In this document: in pieces, positions 1 to 7,554 of the stretch
Position numbering within the stretch: the stretch's first letter is position 1
How the letters are laid out: every line of letters starts with the position of its first letter
Assembly: GCA_009919445.1 (NCBI GenBank)
Contig: RGBY01000002.1
Coordinates: 1 to 33,775, forward strand
Source: Planctomycetia bacterium
GTDB lineage: Bacteria > Planctomycetota > Planctomycetia > Pirellulales > UBA1268
DNA: 33,775 nucleotides
Direction of reading: 5' to 3'
The notes under the pieces: generated by a model
The model's database searches: none
What the model saw: only the letters and a program-made list of their open reading frames with translations
Told to the model about the DNA's origin: nothing
Position numbers and translations under genes: made by a program

Positions 1-653
1 AACGGATGAGCCTGATGCCAGTTCCCGCTGCTGCCTGAGGGTAGTTGTTCACCACTTTTAGGATCAAAGACGATTGTTTCCGAGAGTGGTGACTTGGCCG
101 AGTGGGTATCGTGGGCGTCATTTTGAACGATGAAGCAACAGAATGGATCCCCATTCAGCATGCAACTGGACTCTTCAATTGAGATGGTCTCATGGTAATG
201 CTTCGCCACGCCTTTCATGATGCCTTTGGCCAGAATGCAGAGTTGTCGGCCAGACGTGTAGACCAGATGGAGTTCGTTGGGAGACTGCCGAACGGTCTCC
301 AGCACCGGAGGCTCGGCTCCCGGGTTGGTTGCCCGCACCATGGTGTGAATGATCGACTCGGTGTTTTCAATCAGATCGAGTGTTCGCCAGGCTGGGTCGA
401 TATGACGCCCGGCAACCTTCACAAGGTGGGGGCCAAGGAACTCGCCAAACCGCTCCAGGAGCGAGGGCAGTGGTTCATTGGTTGCTTCAGCCAGCGTCTG
501 AAGCAACTGGACCGCTTCAGCGTCAGGGTAGGCCTGATTAGGAAGGTACCGCGAACTGCTTGCGGTTACCGTTTGCCGAAGTTGCAACCAGGTTGTTCCA
601 GAGGACGCGATGTCAGCGAACTTCTGGATATAAAAAAAGATAATGCCGTGCAC
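1..653 (-). CDS. H-NOX (heme nitric oxide/oxygen binding) domain protein; the 3' end runs off the left edge, with 217 codons visible
   Basis: Absent from the supplied ORF track because there is no stop codon in the window. My reverse-complement translation from GTG (653-651) reads MHGIIFFYIQKFADIASSG...LIENTESIIHTMVRATNPGAEPPVLE...ELHLVYTSGRQLCILAKGIMKGVAKHYHETISIEE... It has the proximal His (about residue 103), a conserved Pro (about 116) and the Y-x-S-x-R heme-propionate motif (YTSGR, about 132-136), spaced as in Tt H-NOX and sGC beta1. AAAGG lies 5 nt upstream of the GTG. The frame stays open to nt 1. Confidence 0.8.
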   Translation of the reverse strand, partial: MHGIIFFYIQKFADIASSGTTWLQLRQTVTASSSRYLPNQAYPDAEAVQLLQTLAEATNEPLPSLLERFGEFLGPHLVKVAGRHIDPAWRTLDLIENTESIIHTMVRATNPGAEPPVLETVRQSPNELHLVYTSGRQLCILAKGIMKGVAKHYHETISIEESSCMLNGDPFCCFIVQNDAHDTHSAKSPLSETIVFDPKSGEQLPSGSSGNWHQAHP

Positions 654-754
654 GAGAGCCTTTCGGGCGCGATACCAAGACAGTCGCAGCGGGCCCCACG
701 CCCGAAGCGAACCGACCGTGCCGCAGTCTAGCATGGTCCATTGATACCAGCGAT

Positions 755-826
755 GGATTGGCTACCGGCAGAGGATTGGCTGCTGGCGCAGGATTGACTG
801 CTGGCGCAGGGTTCGTGCTGCTGGAG
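755..826. repeat. 18-bp tandem repeat with three clear copies and a degenerate fourth, in the intergenic region upstream of the H-NOX gene
   Basis: The copies are ggattggctaccggcaga (755-772), ggattggctgctggcgca (773-790), ggattgactgctggcgca (791-808) and the degenerate gggttcgtgctgctggag (809-826). Copies 2 and 3 differ at 1 of 18 positions. Confidence 0.8.
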
Positions 827-848
827 TGGCTCGTGGCCGGAAAAAGTG

Positions 849-1940
849 TCAGTTGGCCGGACAAAGCCGATCGCGGTACAGCAGCAGCCCATGGGCCGCG
901 TGGTAGAGACCGCCGCATTCGACGTCGATGTCGGCCGTTTGCTCAAGCATTTTTACCAGCCGCTCGGCTGCCCGCAGCACCCACGGTTCAGCCAGCCGAT
1001 TTTCTGGTAACGCGATGGCCAGGAATTCAAAAATGTGGCCACTTGAGCCGAGCTTGGCAAAGATGTCGGGTGATGTACCTGGTCGCTCGAAATATTGTGT
1101 CGAAAAACTACCGTCGGCCTGTTGGAACTGACGCGCCCGCTCAATGCAGTCAGCGATGGTCGCCTCGGCCCGGCCCCAGGCACCAGGGAGCGGGCTTGTC
1201 GCGTCAGGATGACGCACTCGGTAACGGTTTACGGCTGTTGCCAGGCCATACAGCCGGTGGGCGCCACCGCAGGCACTTGTGGCAAGGTCGGCCTCGAGTT
1301 CCATGTCGATGACCTGTTCGAGGCTCCAGGTGTCTCCGCGGCTTGACTGCCAGCGATCATCTTCGGTCAGGTAGGTGGCCAAGGCCATCAGCGTCCATGT
1401 TGCCTCTTGGCCGATTCGTAGATCGGCCTGGGCCTGACTCAGTAAGTCCCCCACCGTTGCATCCTGATTTCCTACTGTCAGCGGGCGATCAAGTGGAATG
1501 CCGTCGCTGCCGCACTGTGAGAGGTACCCAAGCCACTGATCAGGGTGCCCCTGTGCCAGGGTGCTGCCTGGTTCAACAACTGCGAGAATGCCGTGGTCAC
1601 CTGGACGAAGGTTCCAGCCGGTGAGCCTTCCACCCGCAAGGAGATAGTCTAAGGCTGGCTGCGGGGTGCCTTCATGGAAGACTGGGAAGTCTTCCCCAAA
1701 CGCGAGGATTCCATGCACGACCTGCCAGGCACCCTGGGTCGAGGTGGTGAGCTGTCGCCCCTCTCGGACCTGTTTGAGGGCAAGGCGAAGCCGTGGGCAG
1801 AGCTGTTCGGGGTGAACGGCGGGGATGGTTTTTGTGCCGCTGTCGGGGGCGTCTGGCTGACCACAGCCGGACAGACAGAAGGAGAGAATGAGTAGCAGCC
1901 AGTAGGAGCTAGCACGTCGGAAAGAAGGGAAGGATGACAT
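849..1940 (-). CDS. Conserved hypothetical lipoprotein of 363 aa, function unknown
   Basis: This is ORF 849..2045. I prefer the internal ATG at 1940 (MSSFPSFRRASSYWLLLILSFCLSGC...), which gives a typical signal peptide and an L-S-G-C lipobox. I recognise no catalytic motif. Confidence 0.65.
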   Translation of the reverse strand: MSSFPSFRRASSYWLLLILSFCLSGCGQPDAPDSGTKTIPAVHPEQLCPRLRLALKQVREGRQLTTSTQGAWQVVHGILAFGEDFPVFHEGTPQPALDYLLAGGRLTGWNLRPGDHGILAVVEPGSTLAQGHPDQWLGYLSQCGSDGIPLDRPLTVGNQDATVGDLLSQAQADLRIGQEATWTLMALATYLTEDDRWQSSRGDTWSLEQVIDMELEADLATSACGGAHRLYGLATAVNRYRVRHPDATSPLPGAWGRAEATIADCIERARQFQQADGSFSTQYFERPGTSPDIFAKLGSSGHIFEFLAIALPENRLAEPWVLRAAERLVKMLEQTADIDVECGGLYHAAHGLLLYRDRLCPAN

Positions 1941-2090
1941 GGTGCGATGGCTGACTGCAGGAGGGAGGCAGGCAGCCGAGGCTGCCGAGCGACGTTTGGA
2001 AACCGAGATACCACCCCTACAATAATTAGAAGTTTTCACTTCCAAAGTTGACCGTAAATTTTTGAGGAGCCGGCTCCGCCGCCGGGACAG

Positions 2091-2783
2091 ATGATGCCAG
2101 GACTTTTCTTCGATTTTCGGCTGCTGCTGTGGATTGCCCCGGCCCTGGCGCTTGCGGCCTGGGCACAGTGGCGGGTGAAGTCTTCCTTTGCGGCTGCGTC
2201 ACGTCTGGCTGCGCCGCTATCCGGTGCTGCGGCCGCCCGGCATATCCTCGACTCAGCCGGTGCGACAAACGTGCAGATTGAGTCTGTCGATGGCCGCCTG
2301 ACTGATCACTACGATCCGACTGCGAAGGTGCTGCGGCTCTCGTCAGACGTATATGGCACGAAGTCTTTGGCTGCCGTTGGGATTGCTGCCCACGAGGCAG
2401 GCCATGCTCTGCAAGACGCCGAGAAGTCGTCATTGATGGGATTTCGGAACGCTGCCGTTGGCGTTGCGAACTTTGGCAGTGGTTTCGGTGTCATCATTTT
2501 CATGGTTGGGCTAGCCTTCGCCCTGCAGTCACTTGCCTGGCTGGGGCTCCTCTTGTTTGGTGGGACGGTCTTATTTCAGGTGCTGAACCTTCCCCTCGAA
2601 ATCGATGCCAGTAATCGGGCAAAGGCTCAGCTTGTCCAGCTTGGAATCGTGCCGGCAGCCGAAATGCCGGCAGTTAATCAGGTGCTTAACGCAGCAGCCT
2701 GGACCTATGTCGCCGCCACACTTCAGAGCATTCTGACGCTACTTTATTACGCCAGTTATCTGACCGGTGGCAGTGATGAGTGA
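2091..2783 (+). CDS. Membrane zinc metallopeptidase, YugP / Zn_peptidase_2 family
   Basis: 230 aa with an N-terminal TM segment, an HEAGHALQ zinc motif and C-terminal TM helices. The overall layout is typical of the YugP-type putative neutral zinc metallopeptidases. Confidence 0.8.
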   Translation: MMPGLFFDFRLLLWIAPALALAAWAQWRVKSSFAAASRLAAPLSGAAAARHILDSAGATNVQIESVDGRLTDHYDPTAKVLRLSSDVYGTKSLAAVGIAAHEAGHALQDAEKSSLMGFRNAAVGVANFGSGFGVIIFMVGLAFALQSLAWLGLLLFGGTVLFQVLNLPLEIDASNRAKAQLVQLGIVPAAEMPAVNQVLNAAAWTYVAATLQSILTLLYYASYLTGGSDE

Positions 2784-2795
2784 GGCTGTCGGCTC

Positions 2796-5387
2796 TTAGC
2801 GATTGAGCGAGTAGAGCAGGACGTTGAGGGCAATTTTTTCAGCGTCGTCGCGGTCGTAGCCGGTGCACTCCATGGAGTTCTGCTTTTCCAAAGCACATGA
2901 GATGTCGTAGGGCGAAAAAATGACAGCCCAGCGGTCGTTGATCCGGATTCCTTCCAGCCGTGGTGGAATCTGCCGTTGGCGGGTTGCCAGCGGGCCGTCG
3001 CCTTGTGATGGTTCGCGGAGCGTCACCAGGCGAATGTCGTACCCGCCAAGTTCTCCAGCAGCGAACAGCGGGTCATCGGGGGGAATTGATTCCAACGGAT
3101 AGTCAGGGATGGCCTTGCCCATCTCATGGCGAAAGGCATCGGTAAAGCCACCAGCTGCGCAGACGCTGTCGGCAAGAAGCGTGCCACCACGTTCGAGGAA
3201 CGTCCGCAGGTTTGCCTGCTGAGCTTCATCAAAGGCAAAAGCCTGCCGGCCATGCATGAAGAGCATGTGATGCCGAAAGATACGACTGTCGATCAGGTCA
3301 AGCTTTTCAGGTGAATCATCGACCCGGATCCCTAGCTCACGGGTTGCTGCCCGGAGGATTTTAGTGAGTGCATTGGGCGCGGCGTCACAGAGGCCCCCGT
3401 GTCGTAGTTTGCCGATGGTGAGCTGCCCGCGCTCACCGCGATTGGTGGTGAGGGCGTCATCTTGAGCAGCCGTGAAGAGCTCATCTTTGTTTTTCAGTTC
3501 GCGATTGGTGGCGTAGGCAATGACATTGGCACCGATTGCCAGTGCCGCGTCGACCTGAGCGGCTGCTGCGGCAGGAAGTTGCGAGCGGTTTGGGCCGCCG
3601 AGTTCCCAGAGGCAGGAAAGACTTGGCAGGGCAGGGGCGTCATTTTGGCCCGTGGGGGGCGCATAGATCAGGCAGGTTCGGCAGCCGTAGTCGATCCCGA
3701 GGAGGGGGCGTTGAAACTGTGGGTCGACCAGCTGCTCGGCATGCCAGGCGGGATGCTCTGGGGGCAGGAGATTCAGCTGGTATTCAGGCTCGGGAAAAAT
3801 CTCGCTGACCAGTTGGCGAAATTCCTGGTCAAAGTCCTCACTGTTGGGGCAGGCTGATTCAGCAAAAATGAAGCCGCCCTGGTCAATGTATTGCCGCAGC
3901 CTGCGGCCGGGGTCTCGGCCGAGATCGAGACCTTCGCGGCCGCCAAGCCAAAGCACGGGTGCTTGGACGAGGTCGTCGGTCTTGGCCGACTGGGTATCAA
4001 GCACGTGCCACGAGAGACCGGCGGGATAGTCTGCTCGCCAACGCCCCTCAATGAAATCAACCAAGTGGGCAATGTCATGGCCGTGTTGATTCCAATCGTT
4101 CCGGGGGCCATGTTGGCTCTTGGCGATGACGACTGGTCGGCGGCCCTTGGCCAGAAAAAGTAAGGCAAAGCTGGTGGCAACAACGGGGTCTTCGCTACCG
4201 CGACTGCGAAAACTGCCCGAAAGCTTGTCCTGGCTTTCCAAAAACATTTTGGCTCCCTCGAGATACCAGTCGTGGGTGCCAATAAATCGTCGGGCGGTGA
4301 ACCGTCCAACCCGCTCAAGGCCATAGAGATAGTAGTAGAGCCACTGCTGGCTGCCGGTGGCTGGGTTTTGGGTGACTGAAAAATTCTTGCCCAGCCAACT
4401 GATCCCAGCTTCCAGTGGCTTTGGGCTTGAGCCGCCACCACAGCAGGAGATCTGTTCATTCTCCACAAAGGCATCAGGGCCTGAAATGCGACCATCTGTT
4501 ATTTGAATGCTTGCAATGCCAGCGCAGGTCATACTGCCCGTTCCGGCACGGGAACCTGCAGTGTAAGCCCATGATCCATCCGTGTTTTGTGAAGCAGTCC
4601 AATGTCGGTGGGCCTCTATCCAGACAAGTTGATCAACTTCAACGCCTGCACGAGTCGCTTCGTGAAGGGCTAGCAATGCAAATTGTGCGTTCGAATTATC
4701 TCCGCCGGAACCTCTGTTGCCGTATGACCAAGTGCAGTGAGCCAAGTAGGGACGAATTTCCTTCTCGACAAGTCTCTGTAATTCAGAGCGACGTTTAGCA
4801 GCCTCAATCGGATCTCGAGGGAGGCTTTGAAGTGCTAGCTTAACGTCACGAAAGACCTTGATCATCCGATCTGCTGTCTGCTTTGGAATGCCCGTTTGCA
4901 ACTTCTCAAGCTCCGATGTGTCGAGGCGAAGAATGCTCTCATAAGTTGGGAGTTTCTTTACTCGTGTCTCTTCAAGCCAGTGAACATTTTTTTCTATTAT
5001 CGCAAGATCCGCTAAGGGCGAGACCATGGCCAACGCCTGCGTCTGAAGGGACCTTGAATAGGTGGTTGTCGGCTCCTGCTGTCGCAGCCAGGTTAGTGCC
5101 CGCTGCATCGCCGGGTCATCTGCTTCGACACCAGCATTGGCAAGTGCCAGGACGACAAGTGCGGTGGCACCAGTTGTTGATGCGTTTCCCTGGCCTCCGT
5201 ACAGCCAGGTGCCATCTGGCCGCTGCTGCCGGATGAGCCAGCCACTGGCCAGTTCAATGGCTTGACTGATTTGGTCAGGGCCGACGGCTTCAACGGCTTG
5301 AACCTGAGGGGCTTCGGCGAGCAGTCCAAGCGTCAGCAGCGTCACGACGGTGAGCTGAAAGAAGATTTTTTTGAGCCTGCTGCCCAT
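2796..5387 (-). CDS. Secreted multidomain protein: prenyltransferase/terpene-cyclase-like alpha/alpha repeats followed by two DUF4159 (GATase1-like) modules
   Basis: This is ORF 2796..5432. I prefer the ATG at 5387 (MGSRLKKIFFQLTVVTLLTLGLLAEAPQVQA), which has GGGAGGG about 6 nt upstream and gives a signal peptide. The N-terminal half has QxxDGxW-type repeats (RQQRPDGTWLYGG, SQNTDGSWAYTAG). The C-terminal half has two DUF4159-like segments (LRQYIDQGGFIFAESAC...FPE...LPPEHPAW and LRTFLERGGTLLADSVC...IPPDDPLF...AEKIALNVLLYSLNR). Confidence 0.75.
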   Translation of the reverse strand: MGSRLKKIFFQLTVVTLLTLGLLAEAPQVQAVEAVGPDQISQAIELASGWLIRQQRPDGTWLYGGQGNASTTGATALVVLALANAGVEADDPAMQRALTWLRQQEPTTTYSRSLQTQALAMVSPLADLAIIEKNVHWLEETRVKKLPTYESILRLDTSELEKLQTGIPKQTADRMIKVFRDVKLALQSLPRDPIEAAKRRSELQRLVEKEIRPYLAHCTWSYGNRGSGGDNSNAQFALLALHEATRAGVEVDQLVWIEAHRHWTASQNTDGSWAYTAGSRAGTGSMTCAGIASIQITDGRISGPDAFVENEQISCCGGGSSPKPLEAGISWLGKNFSVTQNPATGSQQWLYYYLYGLERVGRFTARRFIGTHDWYLEGAKMFLESQDKLSGSFRSRGSEDPVVATSFALLFLAKGRRPVVIAKSQHGPRNDWNQHGHDIAHLVDFIEGRWRADYPAGLSWHVLDTQSAKTDDLVQAPVLWLGGREGLDLGRDPGRRLRQYIDQGGFIFAESACPNSEDFDQEFRQLVSEIFPEPEYQLNLLPPEHPAWHAEQLVDPQFQRPLLGIDYGCRTCLIYAPPTGQNDAPALPSLSCLWELGGPNRSQLPAAAAAQVDAALAIGANVIAYATNRELKNKDELFTAAQDDALTTNRGERGQLTIGKLRHGGLCDAAPNALTKILRAATRELGIRVDDSPEKLDLIDSRIFRHHMLFMHGRQAFAFDEAQQANLRTFLERGGTLLADSVCAAGGFTDAFRHEMGKAIPDYPLESIPPDDPLFAAGELGGYDIRLVTLREPSQGDGPLATRQRQIPPRLEGIRINDRWAVIFSPYDISCALEKQNSMECTGYDRDDAEKIALNVLLYSLNR

Positions 5388-5590
5388 AGGGCCCTCCCAC
5401 GCTGGACTGCGAACCTGCGGCCCGCCGGTCACTGATTCTACGCCATCAGCGGCCGAGCCAATACCGCTCTCTGGAAAGGAATGGGCGTGCGCCAGAGCGG
5501 CCAGTTTGAAAACAGTTTGCCCGGCAGGCCGCCCCCGGCCGATACTAATGAAAAGGGGCGGCCAGCGCCGGCCAACCCGCCAAAAAGCCA

Positions 5591-6637
5591 GTGAGGAAGG
5601 AACCAGCCTCCGTGTCGACTGCAGCCAAGCCCAAGACGCTCGATAGCATCCTGCAGGAATTTGCCCAGCACCGCCTGCTGATGCAGGAAGAGTTGCAAAA
5701 AGTCATTGTTGGTCAGGATGAGGTGATCGAGCAGCTGTTCGCGGCCATCTTTACGCGAGGGCACTGCCTGCTGGAAGGAGTGCCAGGGCTGGCCAAGACG
5801 CTCATGGTCTCGACCCTGGCGCAGATTCTCGACGTTGGGTTTAAGCGAGTGCAATTCACGCCCGACCTGATGCCGTCAGATATTACCGGTACCAATGTCC
5901 TTGATGAGGACGAGACCGGTCGCCGTAACTTTCGCTTTGTCGAGGGGCCGATCTTCACCAACATCTTGCTCGCCGATGAGATCAACCGAACGCCGCCCAA
6001 AACCCAGGCGGCGCTCCTGCAGGCCATGCAGGAGCGAGAAGTTTCGGTTGGGCAGCAGACCTATTCCTTGCCGGATCCGTTTTTCACCATTGCCACGCAG
6101 AATCCGGTAGAGCAGGAAGGAACCTATCCGCTTCCTGAGGCGCAACTCGACCGCTTCATGTTCAACATCAAAGTGGGCTATCCCACGGCTGACGAGGAAG
6201 AGCGGATTCTCATGGCAACCACACGGTCTGAACGGCCTGAGGTCCGGAAGGTGCTTTCGGGAAAGGCGATCACGAATATTCAGAAGCTCGTTGGCGGCGT
6301 GGCTGTCAGCGAATATGTGATCAAGTACGTGGCGTCTCTCGTGCGATCCACCCGGCCCAAGGATCCGCTCGCGCCGAAGTATGTTGCTGAACTAGTCGAT
6401 TGGGGGGCTGGCCCACGAGCAGGGCAGTTCTTGATTCAGGGCGGCAAAGCAGTGGCAGCGATGGATGGCCGCTTCAGCGTCTCGCTCGATGACGTCCGTC
6501 GCATCGCCGTGCCGGTGCTGCGGCACCGGATTTCAACAAACTTCCAGGCGCAGGCGGAAGGCCTTACGAGTGAGTCAATCGTCGAACGGCTACTCCGTGA
6601 AGTGCCTGAACCGGCGGTGCCGCCGTTGGTGAAGTGA
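5591..6637 (+). CDS. MoxR-family AAA+ ATPase
   Basis: Walker A is GVPGLAKT and Walker B is LLADEINR. The length and overall sequence are typical of MoxR/AAA_3. An alternative GTG start at 5612 sits behind GAGGAAGG. Confidence 0.9.
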   Translation: MRKEPASVSTAAKPKTLDSILQEFAQHRLLMQEELQKVIVGQDEVIEQLFAAIFTRGHCLLEGVPGLAKTLMVSTLAQILDVGFKRVQFTPDLMPSDITGTNVLDEDETGRRNFRFVEGPIFTNILLADEINRTPPKTQAALLQAMQEREVSVGQQTYSLPDPFFTIATQNPVEQEGTYPLPEAQLDRFMFNIKVGYPTADEEERILMATTRSERPEVRKVLSGKAITNIQKLVGGVAVSEYVIKYVASLVRSTRPKDPLAPKYVAELVDWGAGPRAGQFLIQGGKAVAAMDGRFSVSLDDVRRIAVPVLRHRISTNFQAQAEGLTSESIVERLLREVPEPAVPPLVK

Positions 6638-6644
6638 GCAATTC

Positions 6645-7544
6645 ATGCCCCGTGCGGTTGAAGAGTATCTCAAACCAGATGTGGTGCAGCAGATCGCCCG
6701 ACTCGATCTGCGGGCGAAGTTTATCGTCAAGGGATTCCTGCAAGGGCTACACGCCAGCCCGTTTCATGGTTTTTCAGTCGAGTTCAGCGAGCATCGACGG
6801 TACGCTCCCGGGGATGACCCCAAAGACATTGATTGGCTGATTTACGCCAAAACAGACAAGCACTACATCAAAAAGTATGAAGCCGAGACCAATATCACCG
6901 GCTATCTCGTCATCGATGCCAGTGGCTCGATGGGCTACACCTATCGCCAGCAGTTGACGAAGCTCGATTATGCAATTTCGCTCGCAGCCGCTCTCTGTTG
7001 GCTGATGGTGCATCAGCAGGATCCCTGTGGCCTGATGGTCTTTGGGAAAAAGGTGCAGACCAGCCTCCCTGCCCGTTCCCGTCGCAGTCAAATCGCCGAG
7101 GTACTCTCATTGCTGGCCAATGTGAAGCCGACCGGTCCGTCGGAGATTGCGAGCAGTTTGGTGCAGATCGGAGGGATGTTACGGCATCGTTCATTGTTGA
7201 TGGTCTTCAGCGATTTGCTAGCTGATCCGGAGGCCATTCGTGATGCCCTTCTACGGCTTCGGCATCGGAGTCACGATGTCATTCTGTTTCACATTCTCGA
7301 TGAAGCCGAAGTGCGGTTTCCGTTTCAGGGGATGGTCGAACTGACCGAGCCTGAAGCAGGCCAGAAGATGGTGGTCGATGCTGATGCAGCCCGCCAGGAC
7401 TACGTGAGAGGAGTCGAGCAGTTTCGCGATGACTTCCGTGAATTCTGTCAGCGGGCGGGAATCGATTACGTCCCGCTCGATACCAGCATGCCCTTTGATA
7501 CGGCGTTGATGGAATACCTGCTGAGCCGTCAGGAACGGCTTTAG
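6645..7544 (+). CDS. DUF58 protein (VWA-like partner of MoxR)
   Basis: It carries the signature HRRYAPGDDPKDIDW and a VWA-like core (LVIDASGSM). It starts 7 nt after the moxR stop. Confidence 0.85.
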   Translation: MPRAVEEYLKPDVVQQIARLDLRAKFIVKGFLQGLHASPFHGFSVEFSEHRRYAPGDDPKDIDWLIYAKTDKHYIKKYEAETNITGYLVIDASGSMGYTYRQQLTKLDYAISLAAALCWLMVHQQDPCGLMVFGKKVQTSLPARSRRSQIAEVLSLLANVKPTGPSEIASSLVQIGGMLRHRSLLMVFSDLLADPEAIRDALLRLRHRSHDVILFHILDEAEVRFPFQGMVELTEPEAGQKMVVDADAARQDYVRGVEQFRDDFREFCQRAGIDYVPLDTSMPFDTALMEYLLSRQERL

Positions 7545-7554
7545 GACGACTGAT

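Noticed and set aside
192-731. Track ORF of 179 aa on the plus strand
   Set aside because: It lies antisense to the H-NOX reading frame, which has diagnostic motifs. The plus-strand translation has no recognisable features and is typical of a GC-rich shadow ORF.
613-946. Minus-strand ORFs 613..918 and 728..946, with NPAPA-type repeats
   Set aside because: The peptide repeats merely translate the 18-bp DNA tandem repeat. The ORFs also overlap the 3' end of the lipoprotein gene and the 5' end of the H-NOX gene. I treat the repeat as non-coding.
3773-4495. 240-aa minus-strand ORF in an alternative frame, plus several 60-130-aa ORFs within 2796..5432
   Set aside because: They are nested inside the well-supported 863-aa DUF4159/toroid gene and have no independent features.
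5470-5520. Sigma54-like GG-N10-GC matches (TGGAAAGGAATGGGC) and the CAGTTTG-N4-CAGTTTG direct repeat in the moxR/DUF4159 divergent region. Similar weak matches occur at 11990-12005 and 22520-22535.
   Set aside because: The -24 and -12 elements deviate strongly from TGGCAC/TTGC. GG-N10-GC alone is expected by chance in GC-rich DNA. The direct repeat is short and unsupported.
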